Under the pieces are notes generated by a model. It was not told the origin of the DNA. It made no database searches and saw nothing but the letters and a program-made list of their open reading frames with translations. 64,000 nt of DNA, from contig NC_087437.1 in assembly GCF_036321535.1 (NCBI RefSeq), forward strand, positions 22,942,001-23,006,000. The letters are read 5' to 3'. The DNA is from Camelus dromedarius (lineage: Eukaryota). The stretch's first letter is position 1, and each line of letters opens with the position of its first letter. Made by a program: the position numbers and the translations under genes. Positions 51,250 through 63,040 of the stretch are shown piece after piece.

Positions 51250-51900
51250 TCCTTCCCCCCTCCCTCTGGCCTCTGGAAACCACCAGTCTGTTTTTTGTTT
51301 CTATGAGTTTGATTTTTTTAGATTCTACATATAAGTGAGATCATGAAATATCTGTCTTTCTCTAATTTATTTCTCTTAGCATAAAATCTCAAAGTCCATC
51401 CATGTTGTCACAAATGGCAGGATTTCCTTTTATTTTATGGCTGAATAATATTCCACTGTTAACATATACACCATGTTTGCTTTATCTGTTCATCCATTGA
51501 TGGACACTTAGGTTGTTTCCATGTCTTGGCTATTGTAAATAATGCTGCAATTAATATGGGGTGCAGATATGTTTTTGAGATAGTGATTTCATTTCCTTTG
51601 GCTATATACCCAGAAGTGGAACTGTTAGATCACATGGCAGTTCTAGTTTTAATTTTTTGAGGAACCTGCACACTGTTTTCATAGTGACTGCACCAATTTA
51701 TATTCCCACCAGCACTGCACAAGGATTCTTTTATCTCCACCAACTTGCCAACACTTGTTATCTTTTGTCTTTTTCATCATAGCCAGTCTAACAGGTGTGA
51801 GGCGATATTTCATTGTAGTTTTTATTTGCATTTCCCTAATAATTAGTGATATTGAGCATCTTTTCAGTATTTGTTGGCCATTTGAATATCTTCCTTGGAA
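51250..51900 (-). mobile_element. L1 fragment (L1MA-like), followed by a MER5-like end (about 51900-51970)
   Basis: agattctacatataagtgagatcatg, ccatccatgttgtcacaaatggcagg, tttttgaggaacct. Confidence 0.85.
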
Positions 51901-54507
51901 GAATTTACATTTTTAACAAGTTTCCATACAATGCTGAAGTGGGTCCAGGAACCACACTTTGATAACATTGCTCTAAACAAATTGCCAATTCCGTGTATCC
52001 AAAACTCACTATTATTATTATCATTATCATTATTATTATTAATTTTTAACCATTGCCCCTTTGCCTGGACTCCCTGTCTCCACCTATCAAAACTCAGTGC
52101 TCTTTCTCCTCCATAGCTTATTTCAAATATGCTTCATCAATAAAACACCTGCTCTTAGTCCTAATGACATGGGCGGCTCCATCCTTCCCTGAGTCCATAT
52201 TACTGCTTTAATAATAAAATGTGCTTTCTTTATTACCCTACCAGACAACACACTCCTTGATGAAAAAGGACCAAATCTTAATCTTTTTTTTTTTAATCCT
52301 TCTAGATGGGTTCTCTAAGAGCTTATAGAAGATCTCTTATATGAGATTCAAATATACAATTATATCTATGGTGCAGTTTGGCTATTTATTCTGCCCTCAT
52401 TTGTATAAAATCCAGTATTAACTATGGTTAGACCCAGTGTGTACATTTCCCAGGTTTTTCAGTACTGGGAGCCAGGCTCGTATTAAAAAGGGTGCTGTTT
52501 GTTCAATGGTTTGGACCCCCCAAATCTCTTCTTTAGCATTATGCTTAATACTTTCTAAAACAGTTTGTGAGGGGAAAGGGCATGTCTTTTCAATAATCCA
52601 AATTTAATTAGGAACACTGGGTTCTAAATTTCGATTTTTAATTTTTTTTTAGGTGAGAGAATCTTTGTCCCATTCTTTCTACAACTGGTTCTGCCCTTTC
52701 CTCAACCCCCTCTCTCTTTCTGGTCATTTCTGTCTGCCAGACGTTAAATCCAGGGGATAAATTCCCAGGGATTTCATTCTTCCTGGTAACACATGGCTTT
52801 GGGCAGTTACACAGACATCTAATTACCAGAGAAGTCTAATAAGCAAGTGACTACCTCAGGCATTCCCTGAGGAGGGGCTTTTGACACCCCTTCTCTGAAA
52901 GCTCTGTCTGCATGTCGCCTGCTTATACGTGAAGAACTCTGCACTCATGCAGTTTCCTCAAAGAAGGGTAAACATGGGGGTTTCCTTAGACATGACTTTT
53001 CCCAGAGTTTGAATACTTGCTTTTCCCACCCTTGTCCAGAGAAGCAAATTGCCAGAATGTTATGCAGGGTTAGCTTCTTGGTTATCTAATAAGAGAAAAT
53101 GTCCCCAGACTGTTAACTGTGGGAAAATATTGGAAATAATATTTTTCAAATTCTGCTTAAAATTCTGTCACTCATATTGTTGTTAGGTTCTCTAAGGCAG
53201 GCAAAATATGCATTTTATTTGGAAGTTAGCCATCCGTTTTTGTCTATAAGAAACAAAAATATTTAAAATTGTTTCGTAATTTATTTACAGAAAGATTAGT
53301 GATCTAATAAAGATTAGATTAACTAAATAAAGTTAATACTATCCCCCTCCCCCTAGCCCCAACAAATCATCCTGAATGGCAGTTTCTTTCTTTGACAGAG
53401 AAACTCGAGTTCGTTTACTGTACATCAAACCTTTTGGATCTGAGCTGTGGCCTCATAAAACTTTCCCAGAGTCTAGAAGTCCAATTTGGAAGATCTCAGA
53501 TGCCTTCTCAGTGTAATAAAATTATTTCTACCTTTATTGGTGCCAGATGGCTTTCAACCTCTTAGTGTATCCTTCAATGATTTAGGGCTTGTATATGCAA
53601 AGAAAAGAAAATAACATCGTTGGATTCTAACAAGATTTAAAAAGTTTGTCTACAAAAGCATAATGAAAATGACCTGCACATAAAAGTGACTAATTCAATA
53701 ATGAGAGAATATGATTTGGAAGAAAAAAGGGATCGGAAAGGATGCATTCATAAAGTCAGAAAAATATATTATGAGATACTTCATAGACCTGATTATTGTC
53801 TAGGATTTAACTTTCCAGGCTACACAATTCCTGAGACAATGTTCAAGTCAGAATTTGAAAGTGTTGTTGGAATCGACCACTAAGTAAAGAGGCTGAAGGA
53901 AGAAAATATGTAAATAAAACTCCTACAGTCCAAAACAACCAGTGTGAGTTACTTATCCAGAAAGAAGAAATAAACTTCAACAAAACCAATGTACTGATTT
54001 AACACAGTAGTGACCAGTCACTGCATCAGTGTCTGGATATTGAGGCTTTGCGTGACAGGGTAACCGAGCAGCCCATCATGTGGCTGGTGGGGTCAGGGAG
54101 TGAAGATGGAAATGGAGCTGTGTGGAGAGTGATGCAACCTGCACATGGGCAGTATGTGTGCTATGCTGCGTTGTGCTTTTTCCATGCATCAAGCCATTCC
54201 CTGGTGATGCTCTGTTTAACTAGGTCCCTTTTGGCCTTTCCAGGGTGACAGCTTGATGGGAGCAGCCTTACCAAGTATGCTGGTTTCTTTCCTCTGATGA
54301 GGTCACGCTGAGACTCTATCAGCTGTTTACTCATCAATTTGTAGTAGAAACTAGTTCTCCTGGAGGCTAAGTAAGCAGAAATGAAGCAGAAACACTGGGC
54401 TCTTTAAGGGGCAGACTAAGTATTAGATGCCACTGCTGGGATGCAAATTAAAGTTCTAAGAACAGTGCTCAGAATGGATATCTTTATCATTTCCTCAGCT
54501 TTGCAGC

Positions 54508-54509
<2 letters not shown>

Positions 54510-54540
<31 letters not shown>
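54510..54540. repeat. (TG)n microsatellite
   Basis: Directly visible. Confidence 0.95.
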
Positions 54541-54545
<5 letters not shown>

Positions 54546-54699
54546 AATTTGTTCATCATAGTCACTAAAGAAATAATCATAATAAATTCTAATATAAGCC
54601 GTCTCTCTCCCATCCAATTTTTTAAACTCTTTTATGGATATTCACAAGAAACATAAGTTAGGATTAAGCTTCATGACCAGATGAAGACTGAATCTGAAT

Positions 54700-54950
54700 T
54701 AGAGGCAGCATTGGATAGTGAAAAAAAGAGTGGACTCAGGAGCTAGGCCACCCCAGGATTCAAAACCTGGTTTTATCCTTGAGACCTGTGTGACCTTGGG
54801 CAAAGTAACTAAATTTGTTGACCTGCAATTTCCTCATTTGTGAAGCTGAGATAATCACTCTACTTCACAGAGTGGTTCCTTGGATTAAATGTGGCGTGAA
54901 TGCTCAGCATTTAACACAGTGCCTGGCTCATAAGCAGCCTGCCATCAGTA
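54700..54950 (+). mobile_element. MIR SINE, near full length
   Basis: ctgtgtgaccttgggcaaagt...tttcctcatttgtgaa...cacagtgcctggctcataag. Confidence 0.8.
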
Positions 54951-54984
54951 TTATTTTCCTTCCCCCTTGTATTAGTGGCAAAAG

Positions 54985-55930
54985 CTAAATCATTCATTTT
55001 TTTCCAGCTTTGGCCATTAGGAGCTCTTTTAGTTGATTCTTCTATCTTTCTGGCATATACTTATCATAGTAGATTTTTTTTTTTTTTTTGGAGTGCTTTC
55101 TTACTCTTGGATGCTTGAGATTTTATTCCCTGCCCCAGTCCAAAAATCAGCCATTTCTCCAAGGAGCCTTTGGTGCCAGAAACCAAGATCTTGGTACTAG
55201 ATGTGCTCATGTGTATTATTATTATTACTATTTAAAATATACTTTATCTTTTACAACATTTTTAGATTTACAGAAAAATTGAGAAAGTAGTTCAGAGAGT
55301 ACCTTCATACCCTATAGATTTCCCTATTATTAACATATTACTATGGTACCTTCATTAATTAATGAACCAATATTGATTTATTATTAGCCAAAGTCCATGC
55401 TTTGTTCCGATTTCCTTAGTTTTTACTTCTTGTCCTTTATCTGTTCCAGGATTCCATCCAAGATACCTCATGACACTTAGTTGTCATGTCTCTTTAGAGT
55501 CCTCTTGGTTGACAGGTTTTCGGACTTTCGTTGTCTTTAATGACCTTAATGGATTTGAGGGATACTGGTCAGGTGTTTTGCAGGCCGCCCCTCTAGTGGA
55601 ATTTGGCGTTTTTCTCATGATTAGACTGGATTGTGCGCTTGGGGGAGTAATATCCAGGAGTGAAGTGCCATTCTCATCACAAAGTATTGAGGGTAACTTA
55701 CAGTCAGCGTGAGTTATCACTTGATACTAACATTGGTCACCTGGCTGAGATGGTGCTTGTCAAGTTTCTCTATTTAAAGTCACTCTCTCGTTCCCCCTTT
55801 CCATCCTGCGCTCTTTGGAACAAGTCACTAGGTGCATCCCATACTTAAGCAGTGTGACTTTATGCTCCCCTCCCCCTCCTTGAGGACAGAGTATCTGCGT
55901 AAGTTTTTTTGGAATTCTTTGCCTGGGATC
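54985..55930 (-). mobile_element. L1MC-like 3'UTR fragments
   Basis: aatcagccatttctccaaggagcc, ttttagatttacagaaaaattgag, ttagttgtcatgtctctttag, ggtcacctggctgagatggtg. Confidence 0.75.
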
Positions 55931-57699
55931 TTTAATCAATTTTTTGTTTGCTCATCTTGATTTTTCAATGCTAGAAGTGAAGTGTCTGTTTACATTGGGC
56001 AAATTTTAATTAAGCAAATATATAGTCCTTCAGGTAGTTAAATATTCAGAACAAGTAATAATAGATAAGCATACTTCTAATCTAACATTACTCACTTCTC
56101 TGTTATTAAATAGTAATGTAGTGAGCTCCGCTCTCTTTTTCCTACTTGAACATCCATTTCTTACATATCACTATTTCAGCTTAAATTATCAGAAATATGG
56201 CTACTAATGAAAAATTGCTTTTCACTTTTAATGTATCTCCTAATTTTTACCTTGCTGAGTTTTCTGATGGTTGACCATGGAAATTTAGGCTCTGATCTTA
56301 TCTTAAAGAATAATTGGCCACTAAAAATATGGGGCAAACTAGACATACTGTGGAGAGCACACTTCCCACAATAATTACTAGGTTGTTTCTTAATAAATGG
56401 CAGAGCTGTGTAGCACTGCATTTAGAATGAGAATACATAGAAGCTGAGAAGAATTTAAGGTTAAAAGGAAAACAAAATGCTCCCTGGGGGTTTAATCACT
56501 AATTACAGGTCTATAAATAGCCATTTCTTGGATTCAGAAGGCATTTGGTCTCTTGGATATGATTTAGTTTGTCATATGGGCTTGCCAGGTTTTTTTCCTT
56601 CTTCCTTTTGTGAACTGCTTTGAAATGACTGGAGAGGTCAGACATGAAGACAGGTGGTGGAAATGTTCAAGGGGAAAAATACAAAAAAGTAATTGTCTGG
56701 ATTTGCCGGCAGTTCTATTCAGTGACCTACAGGAGTTGACCTGGCACTATATTTAGATTTTGCAAGATGATATACCACAACACACTGCTTATAGGCCCTC
56801 ATTTTCTGAATAACCATTGTGCTTTCATTGAAAAGGTTTATACTGGTTTGGGTAGCACCTGGTCCATGCAATGTATAAGCAAATTACAAATAGTTGATGA
56901 GAAATACTGAAAAAAAAAATTCAAACCAGAGAGAAGTGTAGCTATTTCCTCTCCTTTTGAACAAAGATATCTTTGCATTTCAAAGTCAGCAAAACTTTAA
57001 TATGTCTATGATAGCAAGCATGGGTGTTTTTTGAAAAAATTAATATTTTGAAATAAAATTTGCATAACCTGAATAAAGTGCTCTATGGTTTTCTGCCAAT
57101 GTTTGCACTCCTTACCATTCTTCTGTGTAATTTAGGATTATGTCTATTTTTAAGACCCTGCTGGCTCTGGGATCGTTATCTATTTCCTACTATTTGAAGG
57201 AAAATTAACACCCAGATGCTAGTTCTGTCACCTATTTTGATAGAATCTAAATTCATATAAAACATAATTGGTTTCAAGGCATTTCCTGAGGAATCAGAAA
57301 ATCTCATCTTGTACTTCAAAGGGATACATGGTTCAATGTGAGCTATAAGTTCCACTCGAATCAGAAAATAGTACAGTTCCTTTACTTCATAAAGATCAGT
57401 TTTCCCCTCCAGCTACTCAGTGTTTTACATAAATTATTTCATATTTTTGAAGGTGGACCAGAGTTTAATTTTTTACTTTTACATTATTTAGTCGAAAAAG
57501 AGCTTGAGGCACTGAGAGGTTTAAGTTTGTGAGTTTGCCATAGACTAAGCATTTTGAAAATTTTAATCTAGGACTCATTCTACCAACATCTCGTACTACG
57601 ATTCTAAAAACTTTACAGTAATAGAGATAGGATAGTAATCTTCCATAAGACTCTCTCTGCTTTTTCCCCCCTTTCCCCAACTCATTCTGGACCTTCAGC

Positions 57700-58138
57700 A
57701 CTAGAAGATAACATGAAAAACCTGTTGATCAATCTTGCCAAGTTTATTAGAATCTGCAGTAAAGGAGAAAACCGCCTTGATAATCTTAGCAGTGTCTCCA
57801 AAGGGGAAGCCAGGGAGGATATTTACAGGGTTTTAGGTCCTGGGCTGAGTAATTTTTAAGATGGGTCTTATAAAGCAAGAAACTGGCTGAGATTAGACGG
57901 AGTTTATCACGTAATAATTTTGGGTAGATAGCTATGTCAAGGCTATAGCATCAAAGCTGTTAGTCTTGATAGGTAAGCTATTTAGTTGGTTCTGAAGTCT
58001 TGTCTTTAAGAGTAAGTATCCTCAAGCAATTAGCTGAGTTATTTTATGCTTGTTCTCATTGCTATTTAACACGGGGAAGAGAAATTATGCCTGGACCCAG
58101 GATCCTTTAACACAGGGACAGAGATTATGTTGATTTCA
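57700..58138 (-). mobile_element. ERV1-class solo LTR (subfamily uncertain)
   Basis: Minus strand starts tgaaatcaacataatc; aataaac polyA signal on minus (gtttatt at about 57743); short internal direct repeat tttaacac.ggg..a.agaga.attatg. Confidence 0.5.
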
Positions 58139-58149
58139 GTGCCTGGTAT

Positions 58150-59350
58150 ACACACATCCAAACTCTCAGCAGGTCTTGTTGGCTTCACGTCTTCCATCCC
58201 TACTGCCCCTACTGTAGTTTCATCGCCATTGTCTCTCACCTGGAATGCCTTATAACTTCCAAAGTTTTCTGCTTTTTCTCATATTTTTCTCAAGTCCATT
58301 CTCTACACGGTTACCCACTGATCACTTTTGTCTCCTCCTAAAGTCCTCCAAAAGTTTCACATTGCACTTGTTGAGCAAGTGGCATCTTCTGCCCACTGCA
58401 TCTTGGCACTGGAATTTCCAAGGAAGACATGACACCATTCAGCACTGGATAGAACTCTTTATTCACATAGAGAAAAGACAGATCAAGATCAGCTTCAGTG
58501 GTGAGTGTCATACTCCTGTGGCCAGCTGCTTCTGTCTAGAAGCCCGCAATTGGCCCACATACAACCTTCTTGTGCTGCAGCAGAAGGACCCTGTCCTCTT
58601 CCTGCAGGGGACAGATACAGTAGTGGGGCTGACCACCTGCCATATACCCACACTGGTAAGCAGAACAATGCAGGACACAACTGAGTCTGAAACAGGGAAA
58701 AATATTCCCACGTAAGGTGATAAGCCTATTGGGGGCTGTGAGGTTGTGACAACTCTTTTGGCTTGGGTTAAGGAAGGGTTCAAGGTTCATGGCCCATTCT
58801 TATGTGGCCAAGAAGGGGTTGAAGACTACATACATGAGGCTGCCTTCCCCAACAGCCCTCAGAATGAAACTGAAACTCCTTGCATTGACCTAGAAAGCCC
58901 CTGCTGTCTTCTCTGACTTGAACTTGAGCTATTCTCCACCTTGGTCCAGCACTGTGTTCTGGCCATAGTGACCTTCCTTCTGTTTTTGTCTTGAGGCCTA
59001 TGAACTGTTCCCTTAAGTTTATCTGGTAGAGCTCTGCCTCCAGTCTTAGCATAGTTGTCTCCTTGTAATTCAGTTCTCATCTCAAAGAGCGTTTGATCAG
59101 AGAGAACTTCCTTGACTACTGAATCTAAAGCAGTCCCCTTTGTCCCTATATATTATGTGATCTAATTCTACTTTCCTCATATTACTTATCATTATTTGAG
59201 GTTGTTTTGTTCATTTACTCATTTACTTATTCATTCCTGACTTTCTTTGTATAAACTATAAGCAGGAACCCTCTGCTTTGGTTAACACTCTATGCCCAGT
59301 GCCTAGAACATTGCCTTGTACATAGTAAATATTAAAAAATATTTGTTTCA
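58150..59350 (+). mobile_element. L2 LINE 3' part, split by the LTR at 58380-58830
   Basis: tctctcacctggaatg, gaccttccttctgttttt, tatgcccagtgcctagaaca...catagtaaatattaaaaaatatttg. Confidence 0.7.
58380..58830 (-). mobile_element. ERVL-class solo LTR (subfamily uncertain)
   Basis: About 450-bp TG...CA-bounded block interrupting L2; aataaa on minus (ctctttattc at about 58456). Confidence 0.5.
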
Positions 59351-59354
59351 CCAT

Positions 59355-60450
59355 GTTTGTGGGGATTTAGGGAATTACTTTCATATACTGCAGGTGCAAA
59401 TGTAAATTGGTACAATTCAACAATATCTATTCAGATTGGAAACGTTCATGCTCTTTGATGCAGCTTTCCTATGTCTAAGTATTTATCCAGCAGGTACACT
59501 TGCACATGTGAAAAGTCAGGTTCATGAAAAGATATTCATTGTGCAGACATGAATTAACATAGCAAGTCTGAGGCTGCTATCTTAAAAGGGCTTACAGGGT
59601 GGCCTTTGGTTGGCATCCGGGAATCTGGCTGGTAAATAGTTACCTGCCCTGATTTGAAAATGTTTCTAAGTGATAAGGCTGTTGCACTCACTTGGGACAT
59701 TGATGAACTGATTTCCTTCCAGAAACTTAGAATTTTGATCATGGCTAGACATGGGGGACCTGTGTAACCAATCCCCAGTGAAAACCTTGGTACCGAGTCT
59801 CTAATGGGTTCCCTGGGCAGAGACATCGCACACATATTACTATACTTTTTGCTGCGGAAGGAAGGTGTGCACTCTGTGTGTGTGTCCCCTTGCAGGAGGA
59901 AGACAACCTGGGAAGCCTATGCATGGATTTCTCCAGACTCTGCTTGTGCGTTTTTTCCCTTGCTGATCTTGCTAGGTATCTTTTAGCCATGATAACCCCT
60001 AGCTGTGAGAACAACTGTATTCTGAGACCCAAGAGCCCTTCTAGTGAATCATGGATTATGTAGATGGTCTTGGGGACTTGTGAAACATTTATTATAAAGT
60101 GTCTTCACAGGAAAATATTCAAGCAAGCAAAATGGCCATGAATAGAGGACTTGTTATGGCACACACCCGAGAAGGAATAATACTATGCAATATTCCTACG
60201 CGCAGCAATCCTATTTTCTAATGTGGAAATATTGGCAAACTCTCTGAAGGGAAAAACCAGAATTCAAAGTGGTTTGTGTAACTTTCTGTGCTGCTCTTTG
60301 TGCATAGTAATGCCTGTCTGTATTTGTAAATAGATAGAGTATCACTGGAAATATGTTCAGGAATCTGAAAATAGTGGATTCCTTTGAGGAGGGGAACTTG
60401 GTGCCTGAGGGGAAATAAAGGGAAAAAGAAGTCTTACTGTCTATCTTGCA
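59355..60450 (+). mobile_element. Old L1 (L1ME-like) fragment split by MER21
   Basis: tgtaaattggtacaa, ctctttgatgcagc, aaagatattcat, then ggaataatactatgcaa. Confidence 0.6.
59540..60087 (+). mobile_element. MER21-like solo LTR
   Basis: Start tgtgcaga..tgaattaacatagcaagtctgaggctgctatc; aaaaccttgg..ccgagtctctaatgggttccctgg; ccttctagtgaatca; end gaaaca; TSD ttcat/tttat. Confidence 0.8.
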
Positions 60451-60459
60451 TTTACAAGT

Positions 60460-60643
60460 TGCCCCCTAGTCACATGTGGCTATTTAATTTAACTTAATTA
60501 AAATATAATAAAATATTTAGTTCCTTAGTTGTGCTAGCCACATTTGAAGGCTTAATAGCCACATATGGATAGTGGCTACCATATTGGATAACATAGAAAT
60601 AAAACATTTCCATCATTGCCAAATGATGTTTTAGATAAAACTG
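60460..60643. mobile_element. MER33/MER3-like hAT-Charlie element
   Basis: ctagtcacatgtggcta, ctagccacattt..gg.ttaatagccacat, tagtggctaccatattgga, aacatttccatcattgc. Confidence 0.75.
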
Positions 60644-61224
60644 ACTTATATTATTCTTTTTACCATTTAATATTCATACCATGGGATGTTATATTTTTTC
60701 AAAAGTTAATTAAATTAAAACACAACAAAATATTAGTTGAATGAGTGAATGATGATATTGACAAAAAGTTCTCTATGAACAGACTACTCTGAGAATCTCA
60801 AGGAGTAGGATAAAGTCACTCATTTTTGTGGTAGAAGTTTACATCTAGTTAAAGTAGATAAGAGAAACGGCTGCTTAAATTCATGTTACCTATTAATAAA
60901 AGCAAATCTTTAGCCTACAGGCTGAAGCCCATTCCAGATCTTGGAAACCCTAGCACATTCACCGAGGAGAGTGCCAAGGAGCACAGGGTGGGATTATTGA
61001 CCTCCCCCGCTCACCAGTTCCAACAGTGTGTGCCGCAGGCATCTGGCTAGCTCCGACATACTAGTACTCAGAGGAAAACAAACCTCCTTGCTGTGTTCCT
61101 CCTCCCTCCTGCAGTAAATACTGCTTGTAACTTCATGTCCCGAAATAAATTATAAACAATTTTATATGCTTAAATTGAGAGATGTCTTAATGGCACTATT
61201 AGTATGTTTACAGTTCAGTTCAGT

Positions 61225-62200
61225 ATTTATTAAGTGCCTACAGAATAATAAATGGCCTTTACCCTTGAAGTTCTTATGGTCAAGTATGGGAGACAGAAAA
61301 AGGGAACAGACTGTATTGATATGATAGCATTTAATGGTGCCAGGGTAAAGGTTTGCTCAAGATGCAGTGGGCCATGGAGGAAGACTGCCCTATCCTGTTG
61401 TGAAGGATGCGGAAGGCATTTTAGGCACTGAGAATGGGACATGTGCTCTAGGCAGAGGCAAAGACAAGAGGGTGTGAAGGAGCCTGTCCTGTTGCAAGCA
61501 CCACAGTAGCTGTAAGTCCAACACTAAAGGAGACCAGAGCCAGAAGTGACAAGAAAGACAAATAAGGGTTAAGTGGTCGGAGACCTAGTGCTGAGTGCTA
61601 GGTAGCTGGATAGTATCTGGTAGGGATCTGTAAACCTGAAAAGGGAAGGGCATCCACTTTGTGTCTGTTTCCCTGAATGCATGTTGGGATGGATTTAGAA
61701 AAGCAAAACTCAGGCAAGGTGACCCATGAAGGGACTATTGTCACAGTCCAGCTGAAAACAAAACTGATGAGGGCCTTTTTAAAATTAATGCCTTTCTATT
61801 AGCATTTCTGTATTCCATGACTCACTTTTTTTCTACTTCAATTGTGTTTCTTGAGATCACCTTTCAGATTGACTCCTTGAACCCACGTTCTTGTCTCAGG
61901 GTCCATGACTGAAAGAATCCAAAGTAAGAAAAAAAGTACATGGTCAGTAGAGTTAAATGCTGCACAGAGGACCATGAGAGAATGGAAGTTCCCAACGTCT
62001 TCCTCAATATGGAAGTCATTGTTTACTTTTGTAAAAGTAGTTTCAGTGAAGCTGTAGCAGCAGAATCCAGATGGCAGAAAACCAACAAGGGGTTTTGAGG
62101 TGAGGAAGAAGGGAAATGAGTATAGACAGAGCTTTCAAAAGGTGTGGCAAGTGATAAGGTGATAGCTAGAAGGAGACACAGATTTAAGGGTGATAATTTT
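61225..62200 (-). mobile_element. Degraded L2 fragments, with an LTR33/16-like 3' piece at about 61830-61930
   Basis: tatttattaagtgcctac, ggaagtcattg...gtagtttcagtgaag, gcagaatccagat. Confidence 0.55.
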
Positions 62201-62562
62201 CAGAATAGGAGAAGTTTTCACAATGAACAAGTCAGACAATACTATGATCCAACCCCTCACACAACTGCTTCTCAAATAATCTTACAGTGGCTGAAAAGAC
62301 ACTAACATAGTAAAAGAAAGGCAGAGAGATTGAAAAAAATAGATTGTTGACAGCATAATTTGAGCTGCTGGATCCAGCATTGCCTGAACCTTCTGGATTC
62401 CCCAACTCTGTGGGAAGACTTGAATAAAGTGTGTAATTCTCCATTTTTCTTGAGTCAGATTGAGTTAGGTCTTTGTAACTTGCAAATTATGAGTAGTCCA
62501 AACCTTCCTTTTCTAAAAATAATTGAAACTAAAATCTTCTTTAAGACATTTCTGTTTTTCAG

Positions 62563-62573
62563 CACACACACAT

Positions 62574-62604
<31 letters not shown>
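62563..62604. repeat. (CA)n microsatellite
   Basis: Directly visible. Confidence 0.95.
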
Positions 62605-62607
<3 letters not shown>

Positions 62608-62759
62608 TATTCAGTATTGAAAGGACGAAAGAGCTAGTAGGGAAAAAAATGAGGAAGTTGTACAAGACAGAGTAAAAAGTTGGTAACTGATGAAACAAGG
62701 GCTTTGAGAGGATGCTAGCTGATGAAATCAAGACCTTAGTGAAATGATTACTTATAAGT

Positions 62760-63040
62760 ACTTTTTACAACATCTTAGCATGAAATTTTAAAACATGAAG
62801 AAAAGTTAAAAAATTGTGAAGTTAGCAATCATATATCCATCACGTTGATTCTACCATTAATATTTTGCTACATTTTCTGTGTCTGCTTTATCACATATCT
62901 CATTTATTCATCATTCTATCCATCCATCAAAGCATCTTACTTTTTGATGCATTTCGAAAGAAGTTGCCAATGTTAGTACATTTCACTCCTAAATATTTCA
63001 GCAAGCATGTCATTAACTTGACTTCCAAATTTTTTTACAG
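62760..63040 (-). mobile_element. Old L1 3'UTR fragment (L1MC/ME-like)
   Basis: gattctaccattaatattttgc, catttcactcctaaatatttcagcaagcat. Confidence 0.55.

Noticed and set aside
55583..55600. CTCF-like site (CCACTAGAGGGG on minus)
   Set aside because: Mismatch at a core position and located inside L1MC sequence; not supportable.
58245..58790. Four overlapping ORFs up to 156 aa
   Set aside because: They lie across L2/LTR sequence, with no recognisable domain or splice structure.
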